Assembly: GCA_964304625.1 (NCBI GenBank)
Contig: OZ199839.1
Location: 4,653,376-4,717,375 of the forward strand
Length of the DNA: 64,000 nucleotides
From: Kudoa neothunni
Taxonomy: Eukaryota; Animalia; Cnidaria
Direction: 5' to 3'
This document shows, piece after piece, positions 63,640-64,000 of this stretch. Both the position numbers and the translations under genes were made by a program. Numbering within the stretch: position 1 is the stretch's first letter; each line of letters starts with the position of its first letter. Below the pieces are notes generated by a model that was given only the letters and a program-made list of their open reading frames with translations, ran no database searches and was not told the origin of the DNA.

Positions 63640-64000
63640 CCCCCCGGGACCAAGCGGGGTCTATCGTGACCCCATTTTCGATAAATCATATTTTTGAATG
63701 AAGGCCTCATAGGCTTCAGTATAAAATTCACGTAATTTTAGAAAATATATTAATATATTAAATAAACTCTAATTTTTGAAGAATATTAGAATCTGTCCTA
63801 GAAAAAATGCTTGTATAATTGAACACGTGTTCTCCATACGTCCTCATACTTCATGCTATAACTTCATATTAAAATTATTAATAGATAAAAATAAACAACT
63901 ACAAATTATCGCAATGAGTATATATTAAACGTTCAATAAAGGTACAAATTGTATGTTTTCCTTTTTCCTATCGAAGGATTACGATGACGTCATAAGGTTA
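63640..64000. mobile_element. Possible piggyBac-like terminus running off the window
   Basis: TTAA|CCC start, followed by the subterminal palindrome ggggtc...gacccc, analogous to the element at 31409. Confidence 0.4.

Noticed and set aside
1-64000. Prokaryotic reading (IS1595, IS630, bacterial clpB, CRISPR or defence systems)
   Set aside because: Spliceosomal introns, eIF3c, ankyrin-type CLPB and eukaryotic TE superfamilies show this is nuclear eukaryotic DNA. No repeat-spacer array was seen.

Overview
AT-rich eukaryotic nuclear DNA, very probably from an animal with a compact, fast-evolving genome (most introns are only about 29-50 bp, GT-AG). There are two intact host genes, arranged head-to-head at the window edges: EIF3C (minus strand, about 1253-6985) and an ankyrin-repeat CLPB/Skd3 mitochondrial disaggregase (plus strand, about 55907-63156). 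The ~49 kb between them is gene-free. Its left part (about 7.3-25.7 kb) is an old, heavily decayed and apparently near-complete mitochondrial genome insertion (NUMT). Reading TGA as Trp, I recognise remnants of nad2?, nad4L, nad1, rns?, rnl, cox2, cox3, atp6, cox1, cob, nad6?, nad3, nad4 and nad5. Later Merlin and MULE insertions interrupt it, and 4,474 bp of it is duplicated as an almost perfect inverted repeat (14359-18832 / 20094-24567, spacer 1,261 bp). The right part is a nested transposon graveyard: Gypsy, an R4/Dong-like LINE split by four DNA transposons, hAT, piggyBac, Tigger/pogo, Tc1/IS630-like, Merlin and MULE elements, many with readable TIRs and TSDs. All homology calls come from by-eye motif alignment, not database searches. 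Boundaries of the fossil genes are approximate.
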